The notes under the pieces are model-generated. The model had not been told where the DNA came from. It did not search any database and worked only from the letters and a program-made list of their open reading frames with translations. This document shows positions 1 to 12,677 of a stretch of DNA of 64,000 nucleotides, piece by piece. The position numbers and the translations under genes were made by a program. The first letter of the stretch is position 1. Every line of letters begins with the position of its first letter. Location: assembly GCF_037042905.1 (NCBI RefSeq), contig NC_087263.1, positions 14,200,001-14,264,000 on the forward strand, in the 5' to 3' direction. This DNA is from Lytechinus pictus (taxonomy: Eukaryota).

Positions 1-719
1 ATTTTTTGATGTTCACGAGGGCCGTATTGAAGAAGTGATATAGAAATTTTTCTTCTACTAAAGAGGGCGCGCGATTTATATTCATATCAAAGACACATGG
101 GAAAGACTAGGCAAACTATTTTACATGCAAAAGTGTTTATATTGCATAGACTTTGGTTTACTATTTGTTGACAAACGAACAAAGGATTGTACTGCTGGTT
201 TTATTCAAGGCACATAGAATTTTTTTTTTATTTGTCGCAACTTTAATTGATTTCCAAAAAAGTGTTATCATCACCAATAATAATCTTATAAAGTATGTTT
301 TCCAAGGTATTGCATTAATATTGGTGCCCATATTTATATAATCATAAGAATTGCGCATACAAAGAATTTAGACACAGTTATAAAACTACTGAAGAGCTGA
401 ATTAAGGTTGTGAAATTTATTAGCGCCATCATCGAGCTTCCTTTTATTTCCATGGAAGAGAATATACATACACTATGTGAAACCACTTTCCTGGCAGAGG
501 TACATGTAAGCAATTTTGCTATTTTTTGTGATTTCAATATATAAAAATTTTCAAAAATATACAATTGTATAGCTACTCACCAGAAAGAGCCCTGGTGAGT
601 AGCGAAAAGGAGATTTGGAATATATTTACTTCTGTAATGAAGTGATGTTTGCCAATTTTTTTTTTAAGCAACACCCAAACACTGTTGGGTGTACGAAGTT
701 GAGTATAGCTAACCTCGCA
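1..719. mobile_element. Dispersed repeat (partial), inverted homolog of ~19458-20310
   Basis: 45-130 (ctaaagagggcgcgcgattt...gaaagactaggca..actattttacatg) matches the reverse complement of ~20190-20290. The hairpin at 572-603 matches 19592-19616, and aacctcgca at ~711-719 matches tgcgaggtt at ~19458. Confidence 0.6.
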
Positions 720-2202
720 TTCGTGTGAGTGAGCATCTTGTTGCTGGCTTGTTAATTCCAAGAACTTTCTCTGGTCTACAGTATACAGGCAAGAGTGAAT
801 GTGGGAAACAAATATTGGGTATTTTAAGAGCTGATAACAAGTTCTCATACATATAATTTACTGTGTATTTTTTTATTGTTGTTAATAGCAAAACATGTTT
901 GATTCCAAAGTTTATTGAACAGGGGAATTCATTAACTGAATCAGACAAAGCAACGGGTCATGCCCCTTGCCCCTCTATTCTCTCTAATCTAAAAACAAAT
1001 TAGAGTAGACCACCCCCAAAAAAATTAATAAATAAATAGATTGAATTAGGAAGTTCTACTGAGGTCTGAGTCTGAGAATATTTCCTTATTTTCCTTTATA
1101 ATTATGGATTCATGCTGAATCCACCAAATTCCAAAACCAAATGCAGTTGGATTTAATGATGAAATCAAAATGAGGTGCAAAATAAGAATTATAAACAATG
1201 AAAAAACAAGAATAACATTAGTCATTAGAACTAGTCGAAGTCAAGAGCAAAAATAGTCCTGCCATCATATGGGCACGGCCATGGGCATGGCCATGATGAT
1301 TGGCAAGAAAATTTTTTTTTAAATAAATTGTTAACAATAACAGCATGGTCATGGTTAATGTTAGATACGTTCATTTAGTTCATTTTATTTGTCTTCCAAC
1401 TTTGAGTTTGAATACATGACAAACATATAAGTGTGTATGAAACAATGAGCAAAGTACATGATAAAACATACAGGTATCATATAAAACAGAGTATGCAGAA
1501 AACATTGTTTTTAAATACATTATACAGCTTAAGACAGAAAAAAGAAATAATTTCAAAGGAAGACGAGGAGACCTAAGTAAGTGAAGCAATGCTTGTAAAT
1601 TAAGGTTCCTCATTACGAATTCAAAGAACATTGGATAAACAACAAAGAAATGGCAATATAATATAATATGATAACTAAAGAGAGTGGCGGGGAGAGAAGA
1701 GGGACACATTTATGTACAAAAGGGACAAAAAAAGGGGACATGAGGACAGAGAACTGCCAGGCCCAGGCCCGGGGAAAGGGGGGATGTTAAGCATGTTAAG
1801 TATGATGTTAAGTATTGATAATATCTAGATTAAATAAATCATGACATAACATGGGCTAGGCTCATGTCAGAGTCATGGCATACATTTATTTCAATTTCTG
1901 AACAGAGGGAATCAAAGAAGCATAATTTGGTAATGTTCATAAAAAGTGCTACATTAAATGGTTCGTAATTTTTTAAAATCCCATTCCGACCGAGCGCGAG
2001 TCGTGTCTCCGAGCTCCGCTAGCTAAGCTGCCGCTGCAGTCGGGGTGGGACGAGGATGGTCTCCCTACCTTCTCTGCGCCGAGTCAGCATCTATTCCTCC
2101 CGCATCAATATCGGGCTGTTTTAAACCAGAATGTAGGTAGATGAAACACATCACCAGGACAGCTGTTCCTATCAGGAAAACGTATCGCAATTTTGTCCTC
2201 AT
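714..2202 (-). CDS. 5' part of a type II membrane protein gene (Golgi glycosyl/sulfotransferase-like topology); continues left of the window
   Basis: Exon 2202-2069 reads MRTKLRYVFLIGTAVLVMCFIYLHSGLKQPDIDAGGIDADSAQR (short basic tail, hydrophobic signal-anchor, stem) and ends at AG|GTAGGG. A phase-compatible candidate exon 775-714 (RPEKVLGINKPATRCSLTRMR; pyrimidine tract + TAG acceptor, GTTAGC donor) is less certain because its donor lies at a repeat end. No catalytic domain is visible. Confidence 0.55.
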
Positions 2203-2690
2203 TGCTCCTTCATCATTTCACATCAGGATGATTAAAACTTATATTTTTCTGTAAAATTTACTCATCGTGTCGTACGTTGCAATGCAACAGCAGCTGCACC
2301 CGGCCTATGTAAGGCCTATGTCATGTGCTGCCCTCTATCTTGTCTTACCGTACATTATTTTAATTTTTGATCCTATAAAATATACTAGGCCTTTTATCAA
2401 ATGTGCCCTAATTTACTCCACAGGGCCCTGGGAACGATTTTTTACAGGGATTTCTGATGGAAATTCGACAAGCAAAAAAAAAGGGTTTCATTCCAAAATA
2501 AAATTTATTTTGGTCCCGAGGAATTTGACAAGCCAAAAAAAAAAAAAAAAAAACCCGAGGGGGGGAGTTTACAGGGAAAAAAAGTAGGTTATTTTTATAT
2601 TTTTCCATTTTGCCACATCTACAAGAATTCTAGAGGGTACATACAGTGGTGCACTGATGGGGGCATGGGGGCAGTCCCCCCCCCCCCCCC

Positions 2691-2729
<39 letters not shown>

Positions 2730-3569
2730 TAAATAGATGAAAAAATAAATAAAAATAAAAAAATTATAAAAAATAAAACGAATAAAATAAAAAAATCACG
2801 ACCTAGAAAGAAAAAAAAAAGGAAAGAGAGAAGGGTAAATATTAAACAGTTGTGCTAGAAAGTTAGTGAACCCCATCACAAAAGTTGCCGCCCCTGCCCT
2901 AGTCCCTATATTTCATGTGTCGATTCGACAAACTGAGGTGTGTGTGTATGTTTTAGCACAGATTCAATGCAGTGACTAAACCATTTTGTTTCTGGAGGGA
3001 GAGAGGTCAAAATAAAGATCGCATTGATTACATTTGGATCGCTCCACCCCCCCCCCCAACATTTAGTTCAAATCAAATAAACATTTATTTTCTTCCGTTT
3101 CACAAATTTCTACATTTTTCGTAACCATAAATAGATAAATCAAGTAAATATTTTATGCGAGTGTTTGCTTTCCAATCGCCATGACTGCAAAGACCTGGAA
3201 AAAAAATGTGTATCGTGCGGTGAGATCTGACATCATCTAACGGAAGTTCTGCGGCAGTTTATATTTCCTTGCAGAGTTCCACGTATACCTAGGCTAATCA
3301 TAACCTGTTCAATGAGTCATGGACATGGCCATACCTGGAATTAAGCTCTCGAATGTAGAATAGTTTAATTTTGTATCGGATCGAAAAATAGGCCGTGATT
3401 GCATTCTGAATTCCTGAAATGACAATTTTCCATGCTTGAATTAACAACGATTTTGCAGAAGAGGAAGAAATGAAAGTATTGGACAATTTTGCACGGTGAG
3501 CAGGTTTTTGAAGTACGTTACAGTCTGTTACAACGGTCAGATCGCATTGATCAAATTCAAAGTGCAGTA

Positions 3570-6500
3570 ATGGAATCAAGAGATTTGACCAAGGAAGAGA
3601 TGAAGAGTGTCCAGGAATATTGCCTAAGGGTCGATGAGTACCTCGAAGCATTCAAAAGATGTCGAGATCTGAAGGCTCTTACGAAAAACGACGACTGGAT
3701 GATTTTCAGAAGCATCGCGGACTTGCCCACAAAAACCGTTAAAGCAACCATTTCCAAAACTTTAGCATCCCGCGACGAGATCTTCGAAATGTTCTCCCTG
3801 GTGTGGAAGAGGGGGGTAAATGACAGGAAGTCGTCTACGACTGACACTACCAAGATCTCGGGACTGTTGACGGGGATTGCACAGACTGCCGGACTTTCTA
3901 GTGAAATGAGTCTCGCCTTCGGCAAGAAGGGTCTCCTGAGGATGGTCTTAGAAGATCTGACGACTGGAAAGCTGGACGATGATCTAAAAGTGACTGGCGT
4001 GGGCATCGTTTACCATTGCTCCTGGAGAGTCCCCAAGAACTGCACTATCTGCAGAGAATACCTGGAAACCTTCCACAAACTGTCACACTCTGGACAACCC
4101 GCTATCCAGGCGAATGCCTTCTTGACACTCTCCTACATCGCTGATGCCAAGTTGGAAGCACATAGATTGGCCCTCAACGAGCCATGCGTGAAGTACCTGA
4201 TGGCCCACATGAAGACAAGTACCTCGAAGAAGAAGTCTCCAGGTCACACGCACTACTCTGCGTTGGAGATTGGTAAAGGCCTGCATCAGTTGGCAGCCAA
4301 TGAAAAGAACAAAGTGCTCCTGGCTGAACTCGGCGGGATCGACCTACTCCTTCGGATCCTTGTGGAAGTAAGCTCCAGTGATGAGGAGAGACTTTGGGCG
4401 GCTCGAGGAATATGGCAACTGGCGATTAAGGAGGAAAACAAAGCCAAGATTCGCCATGTCAAAAACATATTTGCAAGTATGTATCAAAGGCCATGAAGGC
4501 TTCTTAAAGTGGGAATGTATGACTGATTTGCAAAGGATGTGATTCTCGGAAAGGACGATGGCGTATCTTTATTATATTTGTCTAAAGAAGTTTCCTGATA
4601 CCGATCCCTTTGACATATGTTTAATATCTGGCCGATTTGCATTTTTCTCCTTGAAAATGACTAAACCATCGATTTCATTGTGTGCTAGCTTTACCTCTTT
4701 CAAATTTTCCAGAATAATGAGTATAGTTTCTAAGCACCATAATTATGTAGACGTCATCACTGAGCTTTTGAAAGGCGTATGGGGGGCACTTATAGATGGA
4801 GGTTGAAAGGTCATGCCCCTCCCATGGTAATGAGGGAGGGGTTGCCATTGAAAATAGGCTTTTCATGGGTATAGCAGGGCCCCGTTGTATAAAAGTTACT
4901 ATTGATTATGGTAACATTGCCATCCACTGGTAGCTGCCATGGTAACGCTGATTAACAGCCAATCAGAATCAAGGTTTCCATGCAAGTTACCATTGGATGG
5001 CAAAGTTACCAAAATGGTAAATTTTATGCAACGAGGCCAATAAATGAAGCTAGGAGTATATCATAGGCCTATTATGATAAAAGCTTATGTTGTGGATCAT
5101 CATTTAAAACGATCAGCAATATTACAAGCTCTCATAAGTACACGTAGAAGGAATTTGATGCATTTTGTGATTGTGGGGGCATACTCCGCCCCCCCCCCCC
5201 CCCGCCTGAGTGATAATGCCCTTGCCTACAGGACGCATGCCCCTCCTCGAATTACTCTGACGTTTGAATCTTTTCACTGGATTCACTTCACTAATCACCT
5301 TTTGCCGAATCAAGATGCTATTCCGTTTTAGAGTGGTATATGCCTATTGAGCATTGTCATAAAAAGAATGATTTTCATCTCCTTTTTAAATCACATTTTA
5401 ACACTTTGATGATGAGTGACGTCATGAATATAAAACTTAGGCTTAATATTTTTAAAGAATGTTTTTATTGTATTCTCTCAAATCAAAATACACATTCACA
5501 TTCCATAAACAAGTTGTACAAATTATTTGAAACATGATTATAAACTATACAATAAATCCATATCCCATATATAATTATACAAATTATACATTAAACTTCC
5601 AAGATACTGGAAATTAATACTGATGCGTTTCAACAATTACAAAATGAAATGTTAACAAGATGTATTAAATGACAAGAGAGAAAAAACAATAATAACAAAG
5701 TTGATGGATATAATAATGGATTAATAATGGATGGATTAATAATAATTAATTGATGGATTAATGATGGATTAGTAATGGCTATCTACGATCACTCATTGCA
5801 GCATTGAAGAGGATTAAGAAAACGACGTCGAATCTTGGTCTCCAAGAGGCATGCTCAAGAACACTCACCCTTATCAACGATGTCGTCGAAGGCGAAGACG
5901 ACGCCGCAAAGAATTCCAGTTCGCCTTCATCCCGCGATGGGGCAAGAGGCAAATCGCCGAAGATCGATATCGGCTCTTCTCGGAAACCTTCGGAAGATGG
6001 ACACATTATGATCAGCTACCAATGGGACAGTCAGAAGAAGGTGATACAAGTGAAGAAATACTTAGAGAAGCAAGGCTACAATGTCTGGATGGACGTGGAT
6101 AAAATGCGTAAGAATAACGATTCTTTCATTTAGATTATATGAAGAATGTTTGTCTTCTGGATTCTTTAAATTTGGTAAAGTTCATCGATAAAATGGTCCT
6201 TAAGTGCATTTTTTTTAAAGATGCCAATAAAATATTTTATCTTGGAGAGGAGGGGGCTATACTTATGCTCCCCCGCCCTTCTCTCCCCTTCCCTCCCCCC
6301 CCCCCCTCTCTCTCTCTCCCTCTCTTCCCCACTCTTTCTTCAACCTTTAGCTGCTCTATGAATGCATAAAAAGTTACACAGACCTATTTTCTGGAATCAC
6401 TTTCGTTCAGTTGAAATAAAAACCAAAACAATTTTTTTTTCTCGTTTGATTGAGTGTTGTATATCGGAATCGCATTATTTCCGGGTTTCAACTGTCAGTA

Positions 6501-9500
6501 TGTACGCTTCTGGTAAAAATATATCAGGCCAACAACTCTATAAGTAATACTTTATATATCAGCATCTAAAGTGTATAATATTTAAGGGATTATATTTCAA
6601 GAAATAAATATATAACACTTTCTGGCTTGAAATTATTAAAGGCAAACTGAAAAAAAAATAAACCGTTTCATAATCATTGAATCAGTAGTAGGTCTATATA
6701 TCGTGTAACAGAAATAGTAATTGTACATACATGATTCTTAAGGTAGAAAAATTGAATAATTAATGTAAATTTTGATACAAGAATATCCAATAACAATAAT
6801 AATAATAATAATAATAAATAAATAGATAATAACTATAAGCTATACTTCACATACATCCATGATAATATGCACGCAAATGCTTTACCAAAATAATGATGAA
6901 ACTTAGAAGTGCCTATATGAAGGAGCAAATGCGGTTTTTTTTTGGGGGGGGGAGGGGCGGGGGGCTTGTCCTATTGAAGACCCCATTTTTCTCTCTCAAT
7001 TCGCAATTCAAGTCACAGGGGTAATATGAATGGACCCAGATCTGTATTTTTATACTTTAATTTTCTTCCTGTAACTTCCTCTTTTTCTCATTTATTCATG
7101 TTTTCCCATGCCCAGTATTTATTGCCGCCTCTGGGACTTCAAAATTAAAATTTAAACTTTTTTATTTGTCATCCGAAGTAAAAAAATAAATTTCAGTGTA
7201 TTGATTGTCTAAGTTCACTTTGTAAATCTTATACCGTGCCATTTTTTCAGTTCAGTCTGGGGTACCCAATAAATAATATAAATCTATTCGTACGTTTTTT
7301 TTATCCATTGATTGTAATAAACAGAAGGAAATATACTGAACAGCATGGCCTTAGCGGTTCAGAATGCTTCTGTTATTCTCATCTGCGCAACCCAGAAGTA
7401 CAGTGAAAGCCAAAACTGTCGCACCGGTGAGTTTCTGTTTGATTAATTTCCGCATTTCAGCTATTTATCTGAACATATTAATAGATATGAATAAACAAAA
7501 ATGCAAATATTTATTTAATTTAAATTCAATTCATTCTGTTCCGCACAAAACAAAACAAAAAATACAATACAATGACATAACCATGCGCGTATTCTGGGGG
7601 GGGGGGGGCTTTCGGGGCTTGAGCCTACCGGGTAGGCGAAAAGGGGGACGCCAAAAAGAAGAAGAAAAGAGAGGAAAAGAAATGGGGGAGAGGGAAAGAA
7701 GAGAAAGAAAAACAGGGGGGAAAGAAAGAGAAGGGAAAAAAAGAGGGAAGGGGGGCGCCAAATTAATGTTCGACGGGGGGGGGGGGCGCCGAATCGATGT
7801 TCGACCTAGAGGCGCCGAATTGATGTTCGACATAGGGGGGCGCCGAATTTGTATTCGACATAGGGGCGCTGAATTGATACTCGACATGGGGGGGGGGGGG
7901 GGGCGCCGAAGTTATGTTCTACCTAGGGGCGCCCAATTGGAGTTTGATATAGGGGGCACCGAATTTATGATTGACCTAGGGGGCGCCGAATTGTTGATCG
8001 ACATAGGGGAGGGGGCGCCGAATTGATGTTCGAACTAGGGGCGCCGAATTTATGTTCTATATAGGGGCGCCGAATTTATGTTTGACCTAGGGGGCGCCGA
8101 ATAGTTGATCGACATAGGGGAGGGGGCGCCGAATTGATGTTCGACCTAGGGGCGCCGAATCGATGTTCGACCTAGGGGCGCCGAATTTATGTTTTACTTA
8201 GGTACGCCGAATTGATGTTCTACCGAGGGGCGCCGAACTGATGTTCGACATAGGGGCCGGCGTCGAATTTATGTTTTACTTTGGGGCGCCGAGTTGATGT
8301 TCGACATAGGAGGGGGGTGCCGAATGGAAGTTCGACATAGGGGCGCCGAATCGATCTTCAACCTAGGGGGGGGGGGCGCCAAAGTGATGTTCTACCAAGG
8401 GGCGCCGAATTGATGATCGAAATAGGGGAGGGGCGCCAAAGTGATGTTCTACCTAGAGGCGCCGAATTGATGTTCGACATAGGGGGGCGCCGAATTTGTA
8501 TTCGACATAGGGGCGCTGAATTGATACTCGACATGGGGGGGGGGGGGGCGCCGAAGTTATGTTCTACCTAGGGGCGCCCAATTGGAGTTTGATATAGGGG
8601 GCACCGAATTTATGATTGACCTAGGGGGCGCCGAATTGTTGATCGACATAGGGGAGGGGGCGCCGAATTGATGTTCGAACTAGGGGCGCCGAATTTATGT
8701 TCTATATAGGGGCGCCGAATTTATGTTTGACCTAGGGGGCGCCGAATAGTTGATCGACATAGGGGAGGGGGCGCCGAATTGATGTTCGACCTAGGGGCGC
8801 CGAATCGATGTTCGACCTAGGGGCGCCGAATTTATGTTTTACTTAGGTACGCCGAATTGATGTTCTACCGAGGGGCGCCGAACTGATGTTCGACATAGGG
8901 GCCGGCGTCGAATTTATGTTTTACTTTGGGGCGCCGAGTTGATGTTCGACATAGGAGGGGGGTGCCGAATGGAAGTTCGACATAGGGGCGCCGAATCGAT
9001 CTTCAACCTAGGGGGGGGGGGGGCGCCAAAGTGATGTTCTACCAAGGGGCGCCGAATTGATGATCGAAATAGGGGAGGGGCGCCGAATTGATGTTCGACC
9101 TAGGGGCGCCGAATTTATGTTCTACCTAGGGGCGCCGAATTTGTATTCGACATAGGGGCGCTGAATTGATACTCGACATGGGGGGGGGGGGGCGCCGAAG
9201 TTATGTTCTACCTAGGGGCGCCCAATTGGAGTTTGATATAGGGGGCACCGAATTTATGATTGACCTAGGGGGCGCCGAATTGTTGATCGACATAGGGGAG
9301 GGGGCGCCGAATTGATGTTCGAACTAGGGGCGCCGAATTTATGTTCTATATAGGGGCGCCGAATTTATGTTTGACCTAGGGGGCGCCGAATAGTTGATCG
9401 ACATAGGGGAGGGGGCGCCGAATTGATGTTCGAACTAGGGGCGCCGAATTTATGTTCTATATAGGGGCGCCGAATTTATGTTTGACCTAGGGGGCGCCGA

Positions 9501-12500
9501 ATAGTTGATGGACATAGGGGAGGGGGCGCCGAATTGATGTTCGACCTAGGGGCGCCGAATCGATGTTCGACCTAGGGGCGCCGAATTTATGTTTTACTTA
9601 GGTACGCCGAATTGATGTTCTACCGAGGGGCGCCGAACTGATGTTCGACATAGGGGCCGGCGTCGAATTTATGTTTTACTTTGGGGCGCCGAGTTGATGT
9701 TCGACATAGGAGGGGGGTGCCGAATCGAAGTTCGACATAGGGGCGCCGAATCGATCTTCAACCTAGGGAGGGGGCGCCAAAGTGATGTTCTACCAAGGGG
9801 CGCCGAATTGATGATCGAAATAGGGGAGGGGCGCCGAATTGATGTTCGACCTAGGGGCGCCGAATTTATGTTCTACCTAGGGGCGCCGAATTAATGTTCG
9901 ACCTAGGGGGAGCCGAATTAATGTTCGAACTAGGGGTGCCGAATTTATGTTATACATAGGGGGCGCCGAATCGATGTTCGACGTAGGGGGGCGTCTCCAA
10001 ACCAGTTTTGGTCGGAATTTATAAACTTTTTACTCTCGATAAAAAGAGAGCCGAGGTCTGTGCCTGCAAACTATATATTAAATGGTCACATGACAGGGGC
10101 GGATCCAGCTTTTTATAAAGGGGGGGGGTTTGGGTGGTATGCGAGGGAGCGTAGCGACCGAGTCCAAGCGAGCGGAGCGAGCGAGGGGGGAGGGTGTGGG
10201 AGGGGGGTGTCCCCCCTCCCACAGTAGGGAAAAATTTTGAAAATCTGTGTGTGAAAATGGCGTTTTCTTGCATAAAATAGAATAAAATAAAATAACAAGT
10301 TAAAAAAAAAGATAAGATTTTAAAAAATGGTCCCCGGATTTTTTTTGGGGGGGGTTGCAACCCCCCCAACCCCCCTCTAGATCCGCTTCTGCATGACCCT
10401 CCTAATTGCTCACTGGAATATTACTTCTCCCCTTTATATTCCGCAGAAGCACAATATGCATACAAACAGAAGAAGGACATAATACCGCTGATGCTCGAAG
10501 GGGGATTCGAACCTCGGGACTGGCTAGGCGCTCTGATTGGGATGGAGAAATACTTCCCATTGTATTCGGATGAACTCATGAAAAAGACCCCACCGGAAAT
10601 AATTAAAGAATTGGGCGACAGGGGTAAATGGGAGAAAAATAAAGTTTCATCGTTCGGTGACGTCACTAAAGGTGAGTCTATAGGATAGGTTTTTTGTAAT
10701 TTGATTTTGACTTGATTGGATCGTGTATTTCATTTGAATTGATTATATTTTATTAGATTTCACTCGATTCGATTTGGTTTGATTTGATTTGATTTAATGT
10801 TTCACATTCCATGGAATTTGTTGAACATTTAAAAAACAATGACAGAAGGAATATTTACTGTTTAACAGAGAAATTCTTTAATAGATATTACTTATCAAAT
10901 GCAAACCAATTATAAAACAAAGAAACCCTGAATTCTGAAAACCGCGGTTTTGAGTAATAATATATACGTTGTAAATTCGGGCCATTAAAGTTCCCAGTAA
11001 AATGATTAAAACCCCTAAAGAGATTAATCAAATGATGAAAAATATATACATTTAAAAAAGGTATGCATAATATCTCGAACGAAGCAGTTGCCATATACAA
11101 TAATATATGATTGGGCTTATTAAAAAATACATGAAGGCCTACACTTGGTATTTCATTTTTATTTAGTTGGCACATAATTATTCAAACAAAGTGATATATA
11201 TTATTTTCAATGGATTTTTATAAATAAAATGTTGATTTTTAAGTACCAGAACATCAGAGGAATAAATGCCTCCAGGGGCCCGTCTAAATAAGAGTTGCGA
11301 TTGATGGGTTCAATCGCAACTGTGGAAAGCCAGCAAAGTCAACATATAAAATGCATGTTTTGTTAAAAAAATGTAGATATGAATGCATGCCCACAAAGTC
11401 ATTGATTTCTTGACAATTTGGTGTGATCTCCTTTGTTTACAAAGGACATTTTGCAAATTTGCTGTAGAAAAAATTATGACACTGATGGATTTTCATAAAG
11501 TTACGATTGATTGGATCAATCTTAACTCTTGGTAAGACGGGGCCCTGGTTTTGTACTTGAAGCATATTTCCCACTGCAGGAAAAATTACATTATTCAGAT
11601 ATGGATATGATACCATTGAAATATAGCATACAAGTGGTTTGCTCTCTGTAAAAGTAAGAGATTTATTCTAAGCCAATTATACCAACAGCATAAATACTAA
11701 AATTTAGAACCAGATTTAAAAAGGGAGTGCATTTCAATTTCAAAGAATTATTTAAACCGATTTTTAATCGTCTCTACAAAATTCTTTATCGCACTGAATG
11801 ATTCAAGGAATAAATTTAACAAAAATAAGATTGACCCTAAAATAAAGTTTTTTATTACATGGCTTAATCCAACTCTTGAGATCCTTAAAAATCTTTTTTT
11901 TTTACAGCTTCACTTTTTATTATCCGCCATTCCCTTTATCCACTCTTTCTCTCTTCTATCAGGAAATGCAAAAGATGTTCGGAAGGCAGAAGTTGACCCC
12001 AGATCCTTGCCAGGAAAAGGAAAGACAGACAAAGGGCAAACAGACAAGACAAAGACACAAACAGACAAGACAACTATGGCAAAAACAGACAAGGCAAAGA
12101 CAGGCAAAGGGCAAATAGATAATGTAAAGACAGACAAAGGACACACAGATAAGACAAAGACAGACAAAGGACACACAGATATGAAAAAGAAAGACAAAGA
12201 ACAAACAGACAAGGTAAAGAAAGACAAAGGACAAACAGACAAGAAAAAGGCAGACAAAGCAAAACCAGAAAAGGAACAAACAGATAAGGCAAAGACAGAA
12301 AAGGGACAAACAGACAAGACAAAGGCAGACAAAAGACAAACAGACAGAGAAAAGGCAGAAAAAGAACAAATAGTCAAGACGAAGGCAGACAGACAAACAG
12401 ACAAGGCAAAGACAGACAAAGTACAAACAGACAAAGGACAAGCAGACAAGATCAAGTTAGACAAAGGAAAGGCAGACAAGGAACAAACAGACAAGGCATT

Positions 12501-12666
12501 AACAGACAAGACTAAAACCGGCGAGGGACAATCAGACAAGGCATTAACAGACAAGACTAAAACCGGCGAGGGACAATCAGACAAGGAAAGCAATGACGTT
12601 TCCAGTATGCATAAAATGCTGACCGTCGTCAAAGCAGCTAAAGTGCGTCTTCTCGATCGCCCATAA
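3570..12666 (+). CDS. Armadillo-repeat + TIR_2 domain protein (SARM-like ARM-TIR innate immune protein) with C-terminal pentapeptide-repeat tail, ~747 aa
   Basis: Exons 3570-4476, 5802-6107, 7325-7426, 10447-10671, 11963-12666; all introns GT-AG and phase 1; total 2244 nt. ARM-like helices (LHQLAANEKNKVLLAELGGIDLL; AARGIWQLA). TIR motifs HIMISYQWDSQ, GYNVWMDVDKM, MALAVQNASVILICATQKYSESQNCRTEAQYAY, IIPLMLE, DWLGALIG. Start codon inferred; the frame is also open upstream to 3489. Confidence 0.88.
4878..5038. mobile_element. Short GGCC-terminated palindromic MITE (Harbinger-like); related copies at ~28928-29082 and ~11275-11546
   Basis: ggccccgttgtataaaagttac...gtaaattttatgcaacgaggcc terminal inverted repeats; the same family recurs at 28.9 kb. 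Confidence 0.6.
7750..9995. repeat. CpG/G-rich ~26-30 bp minisatellite with ~646-bp higher-order repeat, in intron 3 of the ARM-TIR gene
   Basis: Unit ~taggggcgccgaattgatgttcgacc; the diagnostic variant gatactcgacatggg recurs at 7876, 8523 and 9168. Confidence 0.95.
10093..10391. mobile_element. Short MITE of the CAGGGGCGGATCC / CAGTGGCGTA type; similar elements at ~15120-15457, 28523-28673, 29446-29731, 46982-47472, 52502-52705
   Basis: caggggcggatccag...ctagatccgcttctg inverted termini with internal G/C homopolymer tracts. Confidence 0.6.
12007..12590 (+). repeat. Coding 15-bp tandem repeat (TDKxx pentapeptides, ~37 units) in the last ARM-TIR exon
   Basis: Unit ~acagacaaggcaaag; irregular units (TQ, MAK, ADRQ) all keep frame. 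Confidence 0.85.
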
Positions 12667-12677
12667 CATGTAAATAA

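Noticed and set aside
7364..8026. 220-aa ORF
   Set aside because: Out of frame with the real exon 7325-7426 and runs through low-complexity and minisatellite sequence.
7750..9995. Array of short partially palindromic repeats resembling CRISPR
   Set aside because: No unique spacers, no cas genes, eukaryotic intron; units are contiguous and form higher-order repeats.
11910..12632. Hydrophobic Cys/Leu-rich minus-strand ORFs
   Set aside because: Antisense shadows of the 15-bp coding repeat.
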